Below are positions 17,880-27,074 of a stretch of DNA of 64,000 nucleotides, one piece after another. The notes beneath the pieces were generated by a model. That model made no database searches and had not been told where the DNA came from. It was given only the letters and a program-made list of their open reading frames with translations. A program made the position numbers and the translations under genes. The DNA comes from an uncultured Gammaproteobacteria bacterium (GTDB taxonomy: Bacteria > Patescibacteriota > Microgenomatia > CAYXHB01 > CAZYTL01), in the NCBI GenBank assembly GCA_964650355.1, contig CAZYTL010000007.1, positions 4,455 to 68,454 of the forward strand, given 5' to 3'. Numbering within the stretch: the first letter of the stretch is position 1; each line of letters begins with the position of its first letter.

Positions 17880-19095
17880 AAAACACTCTATCAAAAACGT
17901 TCTTCGCTATGGGTTATGGATTGGTCTGTCAGCTTTGGTTTGTTTTTATGCTATTTCGGTATTAACCAGGGCGATGTATCTTTTTGACTTCCGAGTTTAT
18001 TATTCGGCTGCTCAAATTCTGGCCAACGAACCAGAACGGCTTTACGATCTTAATGTGCAAATGCCATATCAATCCCGGCTTTTGCCTGCCCAATATCCGA
18101 TTCCTGAAAATCAGAAATATTTACCTTTTTTAAATCCGCCTCCCTTCTTGTTAATTTTTCTGCCGTTGACGATTTTCTCATTCAGGACAGCATATCTGAT
18201 GTTTGTGACGGGGTTGGTTTTAGTGACGGGAGCAAATATTTTTCTGCTCTATAAATTGAGTCATATCTCCGGACAAAAACTGATCACTATGATCCTGGTC
18301 GCTTTATCGTTTGCGCCTCTGTTTTTGAATTTTGCCCTGGGTCAGAACTCTTTGATCACTTTATGGTTACTGGTATTGGTTTACTACTTTTTAACCAAAG
18401 ATAAATTATTTTTAGCTGGGTTGACGGCCAGCGGATTATTATATGATCCCCATATGGGAATAGTTTTGTTTCTGTATTTGTTTTTTCTGAAATCGAAGAA
18501 GATTTATGGGGGACTGGCTACCGGGGTGCTGGCGTTCCTACTAGTATCCGTAGTCCTTTCCCAAGGCCAGGTGGCAACCATGGGAGCAGATTTGTTTAAT
18601 CTGGGAGCCCGGTATGTGGCTTACCCCCGGTTACAACCAGCCGACAGGATAAGCTGGATGGGATTCTTTACCCAGATGCGGAGGCTAATCACTGGTGTTC
18701 CTGTGCTGGCTTTGACCACAGTGGGGTCAGTGGTAACTGTTATCTGGGCTTTAAGATCGGTTCGCTCTGTATCTATCAGGTCTGATCAGTTTTTCATCGC
18801 GTATAGTATTATCTTGGTGACGACTTTATTATCTGTGTTTCATGTCCACGCTTATGAAGCCGTACTCCTGACGTTTCCTTTATTTATATATTTAGGCAAA
18901 AGTTATTCAAGAAAATTGTTGTGGGCGGTGGCGGTCGGGTGGCTGATCTTTTTCCTTTACGCATTTAGTTTCCTCACCCCTTTCTATCCGCATACTATTC
19001 CTTTCCTGCCCACTCTTTATTTGCTGGGGGTGCTTTATTTAATGATCAGACAGTTGAAAATGGTGACCACTGATCAAATAATGTTAAAAGGTTGA
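17869..19095 (+). CDS. GT87 glycosyltransferase, paralog 2
   Basis: DFRVYYSAA, PFLNPP, LGQ; YDPH in place of YKPQ. Confidence 0.8.
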   Translation: MPVKKHSIKNVLRYGLWIGLSALVCFYAISVLTRAMYLFDFRVYYSAAQILANEPERLYDLNVQMPYQSRLLPAQYPIPENQKYLPFLNPPPFLLIFLPLTIFSFRTAYLMFVTGLVLVTGANIFLLYKLSHISGQKLITMILVALSFAPLFLNFALGQNSLITLWLLVLVYYFLTKDKLFLAGLTASGLLYDPHMGIVLFLYLFFLKSKKIYGGLATGVLAFLLVSVVLSQGQVATMGADLFNLGARYVAYPRLQPADRISWMGFFTQMRRLITGVPVLALTTVGSVVTVIWALRSVRSVSIRSDQFFIAYSIILVTTLLSVFHVHAYEAVLLTFPLFIYLGKSYSRKLLWAVAVGWLIFFLYAFSFLTPFYPHTIPFLPTLYLLGVLYLMIRQLKMVTTDQIMLKG

Positions 19096-19097
19096 AG

Positions 19098-20288
19098 ATG
19101 GAAAATTTAATTACTGTTTCCAGACAGAAGTTAGGACCGATATTTTTGCTGGCTGTTTTGGTGTCTGTGGTGATTTTTTATATGGGGAAGATTATTACTC
19201 ATGAGTATTACCGGTCGGATTTTGTGTCTTTTTATTCCTCTGCACAAATTTTAAGAGACAATCCTCAGCAGCTGTATGATTTTGCCACTCAAAAACAATA
19301 CCAGCTGAATTTATTACCAGAGGATTTTCGCCAGCTTCCGGGAAATCATTTTTATCCGTTTATTAATCCCCCGATATTCTTGTTACCCCATTTACCTTTG
19401 CTGGACCTGCCTCCTCAACAGGCATACAGACTGATGATGGCTTCTATTGGGTTGATGATGGCCGGCTGCCTTTGGATTTTGGCAAAATTATTTCCCTTAC
19501 CGAGGAAAAAGTTAGTGCTGCTGGTGTTAGTGATGTTGGCTTATGCGCCGACTTTTACCACCATTTATTTGACCCAAAGCTCTTTTACGTCTCTATTGGT
19601 TTTTGTTGCTACCTACTGGTTATTGATCCGGAAGCAATGGTTCTTATCAGGATTGGCAGCCAGCCTGCTGGTTTACAAGCCGCAACTGGGGATGATTTTG
19701 TATCTGTATTTGCTACTGCAGGCCAACTGGTCTCTGATTTGGGGAATGGTGACGGGCGCGGCATCATGGTTGGTGCTTTCCTGGGTCCTAAGCAAAGGCT
19801 ATTTGTTTAGCCTGGTGTGGTCGTTGCCGGAATTTACCCAACAGATAGGCGCCGGACCCAAGATCAGAATCACCTGGCTGGGGTTTTTCCACCAACTGGC
19901 GGATTTCATTCCCCCACTCCCCTACCAGGCGCTAACTTATGTTTTCAGCGCGGTGACAATTATTTTGGTCCTGAAGGTGACTCATAAAATTAAACTCGAA
20001 TCAAAAAAGTTGCCTTTAGCCTTCAGTCTGATCATTGTGGCGACTTTGCTGGGCTCTATCCATGCTCATTATCAGGAAACAGTGTTGTTGTTCTTTCCCT
20101 TGATGTTTTTTATGCAGAAATTGTCTACCCCAAGGGTTTACTTAATCGCGGCCCTGGGATGGCTGACCTACTTATTGGCGATTTTCAACCCCTGGTTCCC
20201 TCAGCCATTGCTGTTCTTGCCTACTCTGTATTTAGTCTTGATTTTCTATTTGATGGTTAGAAAGTTAAAATTTAGCTTAATAAAATGA
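19098..20288 (+). CDS. GT87 glycosyltransferase, paralog 3
   Basis: DFVSFYSSA, PFINPP, YKPQ. Confidence 0.8.
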   Translation: MENLITVSRQKLGPIFLLAVLVSVVIFYMGKIITHEYYRSDFVSFYSSAQILRDNPQQLYDFATQKQYQLNLLPEDFRQLPGNHFYPFINPPIFLLPHLPLLDLPPQQAYRLMMASIGLMMAGCLWILAKLFPLPRKKLVLLVLVMLAYAPTFTTIYLTQSSFTSLLVFVATYWLLIRKQWFLSGLAASLLVYKPQLGMILYLYLLLQANWSLIWGMVTGAASWLVLSWVLSKGYLFSLVWSLPEFTQQIGAGPKIRITWLGFFHQLADFIPPLPYQALTYVFSAVTIILVLKVTHKIKLESKKLPLAFSLIIVATLLGSIHAHYQETVLLFFPLMFFMQKLSTPRVYLIAALGWLTYLLAIFNPWFPQPLLFLPTLYLVLIFYLMVRKLKFSLIK

Positions 20289-21394
20289 AGGTCCGGCCTG
20301 TAATCATAGCCTGGATAGCCAGTAAATTAATTTTTATATTAGTGGCTGGAGCGGCAGTGGTTCTTTTTCATTTTAACGCGGATGAAGTATTATTCCGCTG
20401 GGATGCGGTTTGGTATTTAAAAATAGCTGAGCTGGGTTATTTCTCCAAAAATTCCTTGGTGTTTCCCCCCCTGTATCCGTTAGCGGCTGATCTGGTTAAC
20501 GTGGTGTTAAATAATTACCGGTTATCCTTAATGGTGGTGAGTAATGGGGCATCGTTGGTGGCCGCAATATTTGTTTTTAAGTTATTGTCGAAGTGGTTTA
20601 GCCCTCAAAATAGTTTGTCGGCGATTTGGCTGATGCTCTGCTCTCCGATCGGATTCGTGTTTAGTCTCCCTTATAGCGAATCTCTCTTTTGGGCATTAAG
20701 CGTGATCTTTTTTTATTTATTAACTGAGAAAAAATACGGATGGGCGGCCCTGACCATCAATGGTTTATTCCTCACCAGGGTGATTGGTCTTTTGCATTAT
20801 CTTCCGCTCCTGATATTAATCAGAAAAGAAAAGATGAGTCTGGTTAAAAAGTTGTTAATTTTGTTGAGCGGATTACCCGGATTATTAATTTGGCTGTTAT
20901 TCAACTTCTGGCAGTTTGGACATCCGTTAATCTGGTTGATGGAAAGAAGGGATTATTTTTATGGTCTGTCAGTTTTTCCGGTTACTTTGGTTTATCAAAT
21001 TATTTATTTAGTGGCCATCAGTCCTAAATGGCAGCTAAATTCCGGGGGGATGACTAACTGGCTGTTATCAACCTTTCCTTACTGGTTAGATATGGGGTTA
21101 GTCGGAGGATTGGTGTGGCTGATGGTGAAAAATCTCAAACAGTTACCCAAAATTTTTTTGTATTATGTTGTGGTTTATGTGTTTATAGTTACCGGTTATG
21201 CCCGTTATTCTGCAGAGAGACTATTAACGATTCCTCCGCCGGCGTTGGGCTTCACCCGTTATTTAATGGTTTGTTTCCCGATTTTTGTTTTGGTGGTAAG
21301 GAAAATTAAAAATTTGGATAAGGTCATTTGGGCCAGTATTTTTTTGCAAGCGATTTATTTGTCCTATTATGTGTTTGGATTATATGTGCCTTAG
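20285..21394 (+). CDS. PIG-V-like (GT-C) mannosyltransferase
   Basis: RWDAVWYLKIA, FPPLYP, YSESLF. Confidence 0.75.
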   Translation: MKVRPVIIAWIASKLIFILVAGAAVVLFHFNADEVLFRWDAVWYLKIAELGYFSKNSLVFPPLYPLAADLVNVVLNNYRLSLMVVSNGASLVAAIFVFKLLSKWFSPQNSLSAIWLMLCSPIGFVFSLPYSESLFWALSVIFFYLLTEKKYGWAALTINGLFLTRVIGLLHYLPLLILIRKEKMSLVKKLLILLSGLPGLLIWLLFNFWQFGHPLIWLMERRDYFYGLSVFPVTLVYQIIYLVAISPKWQLNSGGMTNWLLSTFPYWLDMGLVGGLVWLMVKNLKQLPKIFLYYVVVYVFIVTGYARYSAERLLTIPPPALGFTRYLMVCFPIFVLVVRKIKNLDKVIWASIFLQAIYLSYYVFGLYVP

Positions 21395-21413
21395 TCAGTT
21401 TTAGTTGCGCGAC

Positions 21414-22640
21414 ATGAAAGACCACTTCAGAAAGGTGACTGAGATCTATCATCATCAAGCGGTGAAGTTAATTATCAAATTGGTGTTCTATGTTTATCTG
21501 ATGGCGATAAGTATTTACTGGATGGCAAGATTCTTGCAACAGCCGTTAGCCTACACGGACTTGCGCTCTCTTTATCCCGCGGCCCAAATTCTGCAGACTC
21601 AGCCTCAAAATCTGTACGAGATCGGGACTCAGTATGACTATGAGCAGAGGTTAGTTCCTGAGGAGGTGAGACCGGCTGAGGATCAATTGGTGATGATGCC
21701 TTACCCGCCAATGATTTTGTTGTTGTTTGCTCCTTTTACCTCCTGGTCGTTTTCCACAGCCTTTTTAATAACCGGGTTATTAAATACGGTCATTTTATTG
21801 CTGGACATTTATTTACTCAACAGATTATTAAAACCCCGGGTCAATAAAATGCTTTTGCTGTTGATGGTGTTGTCGTTTGCGCCCATTTATGCGGTGTTGA
21901 CTGCCAGTCAGACAACTTTTCTGGTATTGCTGATTTTCCTGCTGATTTATGGTTTGCTGACTCGCCAAAAATGGTTCTTGAGCGGACTGGCAACGAGTCT
22001 GTTATTAATTAAGCCCCAGTTTGCTTTGTTTATCGGTCTGTATTTAGTGGCCCTGCGCAAAAAGGAAATCATAGCCGGGCTGTTGCTGGGAGGAGGGTTT
22101 TTTATGTTGGCGGGTCGATTATTAACTCCGGCGTTTCCCAGAGAGATGCTCAGGCTGTGGAGCAACTATGTGGGAGATCAGGCGGTTAATTGGACCACCA
22201 GAATTAGCTGGGCGGGTTTTTTCACTCAAGTGAAGAATTTATGGCCGGGATTCCATGACACGCTGTGGACAATTCCGGCCAGTTGGTTGACGATGTTGAT
22301 CTCTTTATGGGCTTTGTTGTCCGTGAAGATCAAGCGGCGGTCTCTGCCCCAGATTATGAACGTGATCCTGGTGACTACCTTATTAACCGGAGTGCATATT
22401 CACAGCTATGAGAGCGGATTGATGCTTTTTCCGGCCTGTTATTTCCTGAGTCGGAAGAGGCTGGACTATGTTCATTATCTGCTTTTGTTTCTGGGATGGA
22501 TTATTTTTAACCTGGCAGTGGTGTCGGTCAATCATCAACCCCCGGTTTATTTTTTACCGACTTTGTTTTTAGTCTTCGTTTTGGGGTTACTAATCAAATG
22601 TTTGAATCCGAAGCAAAAAGTGGTTCCCGGTCACTCCTGA
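21414..22640 (+). CDS. GT87 glycosyltransferase, paralog 4
   Basis: DLRSLYPAA, PYPP, IKPQ, RISWAGFF. Confidence 0.75.
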   Translation: MKDHFRKVTEIYHHQAVKLIIKLVFYVYLMAISIYWMARFLQQPLAYTDLRSLYPAAQILQTQPQNLYEIGTQYDYEQRLVPEEVRPAEDQLVMMPYPPMILLLFAPFTSWSFSTAFLITGLLNTVILLLDIYLLNRLLKPRVNKMLLLLMVLSFAPIYAVLTASQTTFLVLLIFLLIYGLLTRQKWFLSGLATSLLLIKPQFALFIGLYLVALRKKEIIAGLLLGGGFFMLAGRLLTPAFPREMLRLWSNYVGDQAVNWTTRISWAGFFTQVKNLWPGFHDTLWTIPASWLTMLISLWALLSVKIKRRSLPQIMNVILVTTLLTGVHIHSYESGLMLFPACYFLSRKRLDYVHYLLLFLGWIIFNLAVVSVNHQPPVYFLPTLFLVFVLGLLIKCLNPKQKVVPGHS

Positions 22641-24141
22641 CAAAGATAACCGCCACCTGGTCTTCGTAAACCAGCTTCCATTCTGGCATGGTGGTCAGCA
22701 TTTGCACTAGAGGATGGTAAGGAGCCAACAAGATAGTGTCGAATTGATAGTGGTTTAAAAGTTGTTGCCAACCAGGAAGCAGGTTGACCATGGTTAAATA
22801 CTGCTTGGCAAAAGATTCGTGGTTAATGATGAAGTTGTCCATCCTACCGTCAATAAAGGTTTTCATCTCAGGGATGTGCCAAACCAAGTATCCTCCCCAG
22901 TTAAAGTCATTGAAGATCCGTTGAGGAAGAGGATGGTGTTTGAGGAATTCTACTGCTTCGTAAGGGTAATAAACTTTGGTACTTAAATGGCGAATCTGCA
23001 GGGCATAGGTCTGATCATTCTGATAGGCCGTAGCCACCCTGGGAATCCAGATTAAAGCAGGGGTAATAGCCACTAACACAATCAACGGATAAATTAATTT
23101 GTTGATTGGCCAGAGTTTGGTTAGTAGTTGACCTAGGTCGGTGACGAGCTGATTAACAATCACGGAAAATGAAGGGATGAGAACTACTAATAAAGGCACC
23201 ACAAAGCGGCGGTTTTTCAAACTCAAGAGGAAAAAGATCATGATTAGAAGTTTGTCTCTCAAATCCAGTCGGGTTTTAACGATCAACAGTAAAAATATGG
23301 CCATCAGCACCAGGGCAGTGTAGATAAAAGTTTCGGGAGCGTCAGGGCGAATGATCGGATACCAATCGGAATTAAAAGATAAGGCAAACTGATTGGTGCC
23401 CATCTCTAGGGCCTGTTCATAAGCCCGATAATGATAAGGACTTATTAATGACGCCAAGTAGCAAACCCCGACTATGGATGCGAAACTGAGAAGTGGGCGC
23501 GGTTTAAGACAATCGATGGTACCCCAGACCTGAATCGGTTTTACTGCCTGGTAAATGATTTTACCTAACTCGATAATTAAAATTAGGGTGTAAAAAGCTA
23601 ATCCTAAGATGAATCCCCCGTGAAGATTGACCCAGAAGATGAAGATGATGGGGGTGATGAATAACCAGCGGCTGCGATGCGATAACCAATGTAGGTAGAG
23701 AAAGTAAATCAAGCTCAGACCCAGAAATGAGATAAGTTGAATCCTTAAATTGGAAGCGTCAAGAATCAGGGGAATAATGAGTAGCAGATACCAAAAAGCG
23801 CTTGATTGTCGAGTCGAATGCAGGTTAATGGTTTTGAACATCAACAGAAGGATTAAAGCTCCGATGATAGCATAAAAGATGGTCACTCCCCAAAGGCCTG
23901 CCCAGGAGTAGGTTAAGTACAGCCAGGTTTCGGATAACCATGAATGATAGACGTAGGGATAGTCAGGAGCACTAAAGGTAAAAATGTCGGTGGGGGGAAT
24001 CATGTGGTTGTCCCAGATATACCTGCCCACCATGATGTGCCATCCGAAATCGGTATCAAACAATACACGGAGGAACAAGACAGTGGCCAGAACAAAGAAT
24101 ATCAGGATGGGGACACGAGACTTGGTTTGTATATGATTCAT
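22594..24141 (-). CDS. Putative GT-C membrane protein
   Basis: DFGWHIMVG...IP..D.F, WVNLHGGF, WGGYL, FIDGR; multi-TM. Confidence 0.65.
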   Translation of the reverse strand: MNHIQTKSRVPILIFFVLATVLFLRVLFDTDFGWHIMVGRYIWDNHMIPPTDIFTFSAPDYPYVYHSWLSETWLYLTYSWAGLWGVTIFYAIIGALILLLMFKTINLHSTRQSSAFWYLLLIIPLILDASNLRIQLISFLGLSLIYFLYLHWLSHRSRWLFITPIIFIFWVNLHGGFILGLAFYTLILIIELGKIIYQAVKPIQVWGTIDCLKPRPLLSFASIVGVCYLASLISPYHYRAYEQALEMGTNQFALSFNSDWYPIIRPDAPETFIYTALVLMAIFLLLIVKTRLDLRDKLLIMIFFLLSLKNRRFVVPLLVVLIPSFSVIVNQLVTDLGQLLTKLWPINKLIYPLIVLVAITPALIWIPRVATAYQNDQTYALQIRHLSTKVYYPYEAVEFLKHHPLPQRIFNDFNWGGYLVWHIPEMKTFIDGRMDNFIINHESFAKQYLTMVNLLPGWQQLLNHYQFDTILLAPYHPLVQMLTTMPEWKLVYEDQVAVIFVRSDREPLFASDSNI

Positions 24142-24159
24142 GATCCGATAGATGTCTGG

Positions 24160-25077
24160 TTATGGCTGGGAAGGCTTTCCAAAGTTGATGAGTTTAGATA
24201 ATAATTGTTTTTGGGCGGGAACTTTAGTCACGATCATAAAGGCAAGAAAAGCCACCAAATAGCCTGCCAAAATATCAACCACGTAATGATGACCCAAATA
24301 CACTGCGGCAAAGCCAATACTCAAAGGGAAAAGTATTATTGGCCAGGCTTTTTTGCCCCAGATATGAATCATAAACAGTGCCATGTAAGCAGGATAAGCA
24401 GCGTGCAAAGAAGGAATCGCAGCCACCGGATCCGGACTGGAGAGGAGAAAGTTTACGGACATGTTTGAATAATTGGCCACCGTCAGATTTCCAACTAAGT
24501 AGTTGAAATGGGTAGCCCACCAGGGGGGAGCGGCCGGATAGAGAGTCCAACCCAGAAAACTGACATAGTTGGTGATGATAAACCCGATGACAAACCGCCA
24601 GTAAGCAACCCGGTAAAAATTCCAAAGAAATAGAACTACGAAAAAGGGGATTATAAAGTGAGAGATATACAGCACGTTGCTAATCTGCCTGACGATATGG
24701 CCCCAAAACATATTAGGATTCAGCCACTGCTGTAGCCAGACGGCCGGAAGATGACCAAGAAACAGTGTGCGTTCCCAATGAATTAATTCTGTGACATGAA
24801 TCTGACTGGGATCCAGATCGGTGAAGGGACGGCGGAAAATAACATAAGTATAGATTAGAAGAAAAAACGGTAAGAAGGCTTTGACAAACATGCGTCCTTG
24901 TTTGTGCCAAACTGTGGCGACAACCAGAAATACTCCAATCGTGTCCCAACCCTGGGGGACCCGTTTGAGTCTCATAAAGATCAGTAATAACAAAAAACTA
25001 ACAAACTGAATGGTAAAGACTAATTTATCTTCTGATTGCAGAAAACTTTTGGCTTGAGAGAGAAAGCGACTGATCAT
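24160..25077 (-). CDS. PAP2 superfamily, IPC-synthase (Aur1)-like protein
   Basis: PAAPPW, AIPSLHAAY, YLGHHYVVD. Confidence 0.8.
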   Translation of the reverse strand: MISRFLSQAKSFLQSEDKLVFTIQFVSFLLLLIFMRLKRVPQGWDTIGVFLVVATVWHKQGRMFVKAFLPFFLLIYTYVIFRRPFTDLDPSQIHVTELIHWERTLFLGHLPAVWLQQWLNPNMFWGHIVRQISNVLYISHFIIPFFVVLFLWNFYRVAYWRFVIGFIITNYVSFLGWTLYPAAPPWWATHFNYLVGNLTVANYSNMSVNFLLSSPDPVAAIPSLHAAYPAYMALFMIHIWGKKAWPIILFPLSIGFAAVYLGHHYVVDILAGYLVAFLAFMIVTKVPAQKQLLSKLINFGKPSQP

Positions 25078-25255
25078 GGTTTAAAAAGCCTTGTCACAAA
25101 CGGATCCGTAAGTGACAGGGGTTACTTTAATATTACGACTGTTGACATTAAGTCTTCCATGCTATAGTGAAATTACCTATTGCTATTTTCTATCTACTTA
25201 TACTATGTTAAAAATAAGATGCATTCAATAAGGCAGAAGGGAGGTGAAACCATAA

Positions 25256-25651
25256 ATGAGGAAAATTAATTACCTAATTGCTACGAGTTCGAGTTTAGTT
25301 ACCGCAGCACTTATGGCTTCACCGGTTTTTGCTCAAGACAGCGGCTTGTCGATTCCCACGTCCGCTGTGGCAGCCTTCAGTATTACTAGTGTAGGTGAGT
25401 TTGTCGGCGCTGTATTGTCATTAATCTTCCTAGTTGCAGGTATTGCTGTATTTGCTTACCTGGTGTTAGGTGGTATTCAATGGATTACCTCAGGTGGAGA
25501 TAAAGGTAAAACTCAGGAAGCCAGAGACAGGATCACGGCTGCTTTAGTAGGTCTAGCGATTATTGCTGTGGCTTGGGCTCTGACTATCTTAGCCCAGACC
25601 TTCTTCGGCATTAATATTACGAGTATCTCTCTACCTCGGCCATACACGTAA
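25256..25651 (+). CDS. CPR VirB2/TrbC-like pilin with signal peptide
   Basis: SD GGAGGTG; signal ending in PVFA; GGIQWITSGGDK.K..EAR.RIT.ALVGL. Confidence 0.8.
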   Translation: MRKINYLIATSSSLVTAALMASPVFAQDSGLSIPTSAVAAFSITSVGEFVGAVLSLIFLVAGIAVFAYLVLGGIQWITSGGDKGKTQEARDRITAALVGLAIIAVAWALTILAQTFFGINITSISLPRPYT

Positions 25652-25674
25652 AATGAATGTCGAGGTCCATAGTT

Positions 25675-25700
25675 AAAAACCTCGCCCGAGCGAGGTTTTT
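25675..25700 (+). terminator. Intrinsic terminator (bidirectional-looking)
   Basis: AAAAACCTCG-CCCGAG-CGAGGTTTTT. Confidence 0.75.
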
Positions 25701-25783
25701 AGTGGTCACAGATACTTACATGCTTTAATATTGACAAGGATATAGGCGAATCCCTAAAGTTATAGATATGGGAGGTATGAGGT

Positions 25784-26095
25784 ATGTTTAATTTTCCCCG
25801 GCCGGAGGAGTTCCGCATCAGCAGTGTGGGCGAGTTTGTGGGCGCTGTGGGGGGATTGCTATTTATTGGCGGATTGTTGGTGTTTATGATTTTGTTATTG
25901 CTGGGAGGTGTGGTGTGGATGACTTCAGGCGGAGACAAGGCCAAGGTTCAGGAAGGTCGAGAAAGGATCATGCGCGCTTTAATTGGGTTGAGTATTTTGT
26001 CGTTAGCAGCGGCAGTGATTATTCTATTACAAGCGTTTTTGGGGATTAAAATTATCGGCAGTAATCTACCTATACCCCGGGGATTTGTGGAGTAA
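25784..26095 (+). CDS. Second pilin paralog without an evident signal peptide
   Basis: SSVGEFVGAV and GG..WMTSGGDK.K.QEGR.RI shared with pilin 1; SD GGAGGT. Confidence 0.75.
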   Translation: MFNFPRPEEFRISSVGEFVGAVGGLLFIGGLLVFMILLLLGGVVWMTSGGDKAKVQEGRERIMRALIGLSILSLAAAVIILLQAFLGIKIIGSNLPIPRGFVE

Positions 26096-26143
26096 ACAGC
26101 ATCTTTGAGTTAATAAAGCCTGACTGGGTGAAGAAATCGGAAC

Positions 26144-27028
26144 TTACGCACTTCGTCTTCGTTTATTTACTAGACCCGCCCATAAGTTGAGGATGGGTAC
26201 GGCCACAAAAGGAGAAGAGTAGGTACCGGCAATGGTCCCGATTAGTAATGCGACCACAAACCAGCGAATGACAGGCCCTCCGAGTAAGAGCAGGGCCGTC
26301 AACATGAAGATAATGGTCAGGGAGTTATTTAATGATCTGCCCATGGTTTCTGTAAGGGCTTTATTTGATAATTCGGTAATAGAGACGCTGGGATATTGTT
26401 TCAGTGACTCCCGAATGCGGTCATAAACCACCACTGTATCATGAACAGAAAAGGATAAGGTGGTTAAAACAGCGGTTACAAACAAGGTGTCGACCTCCAC
26501 TCCTCCAAAATGTCCTAAGACGGCGAAACTACCTAGCAAGATAAGTGAGTCGTGAAACATGGCTAAGATGGCTGATACCCCGTACTGTAAATTTTTAAAT
26601 GTCCAGGCCACATAGGCCATAATAAAACTGGCGGTAATTATCACCGCTACCAGGGTTTTAATGATTAATTCTCTCCCCAACGTGGGGCCGATGGATTCGA
26701 ATCTTTGTTCCTTAACGTCCTGATTGAATTTTTGATTGAGCACTTGAGTAATTTGTTGGGCTTGTTCTTGGCTGATCGGTTCAGTACGGACTATCAGATG
26801 TTGCCCTTCGGCAGTTTGCAGTCCGGCAATTTGCCAACTCAGATTCTCGGTCAGGACTTGACGGATTTCTCCTAACTGGGGTAGTTGGGAAAATTGATAC
26901 TCGATCAGAGATCCGCCGGTAAAATCAATTGATGGCTGCAGGCCCCAGACGATCAGGGCTACAATACTACCTAAGACTAAAGTCCCGGAGAGGGTCAAAT
27001 AAATGAATTTGTATTTAAGGAAATCCAT
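26144..27028 (-). CDS. secF: Protein translocase subunit SecF
   Basis: IDFTGG, IGPTLG, SVHDTVVVYDRIRE. Confidence 0.95.
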   Translation of the reverse strand: MDFLKYKFIYLTLSGTLVLGSIVALIVWGLQPSIDFTGGSLIEYQFSQLPQLGEIRQVLTENLSWQIAGLQTAEGQHLIVRTEPISQEQAQQITQVLNQKFNQDVKEQRFESIGPTLGRELIIKTLVAVIITASFIMAYVAWTFKNLQYGVSAILAMFHDSLILLGSFAVLGHFGGVEVDTLFVTAVLTTLSFSVHDTVVVYDRIRESLKQYPSVSITELSNKALTETMGRSLNNSLTIIFMLTALLLLGGPVIRWFVVALLIGTIAGTYSSPFVAVPILNLWAGLVNKRRRSA

Positions 27029-27074
27029 AAAGAATCAATAAAATAAATATCTTCATTTTTATGTTTTGGGGCTT

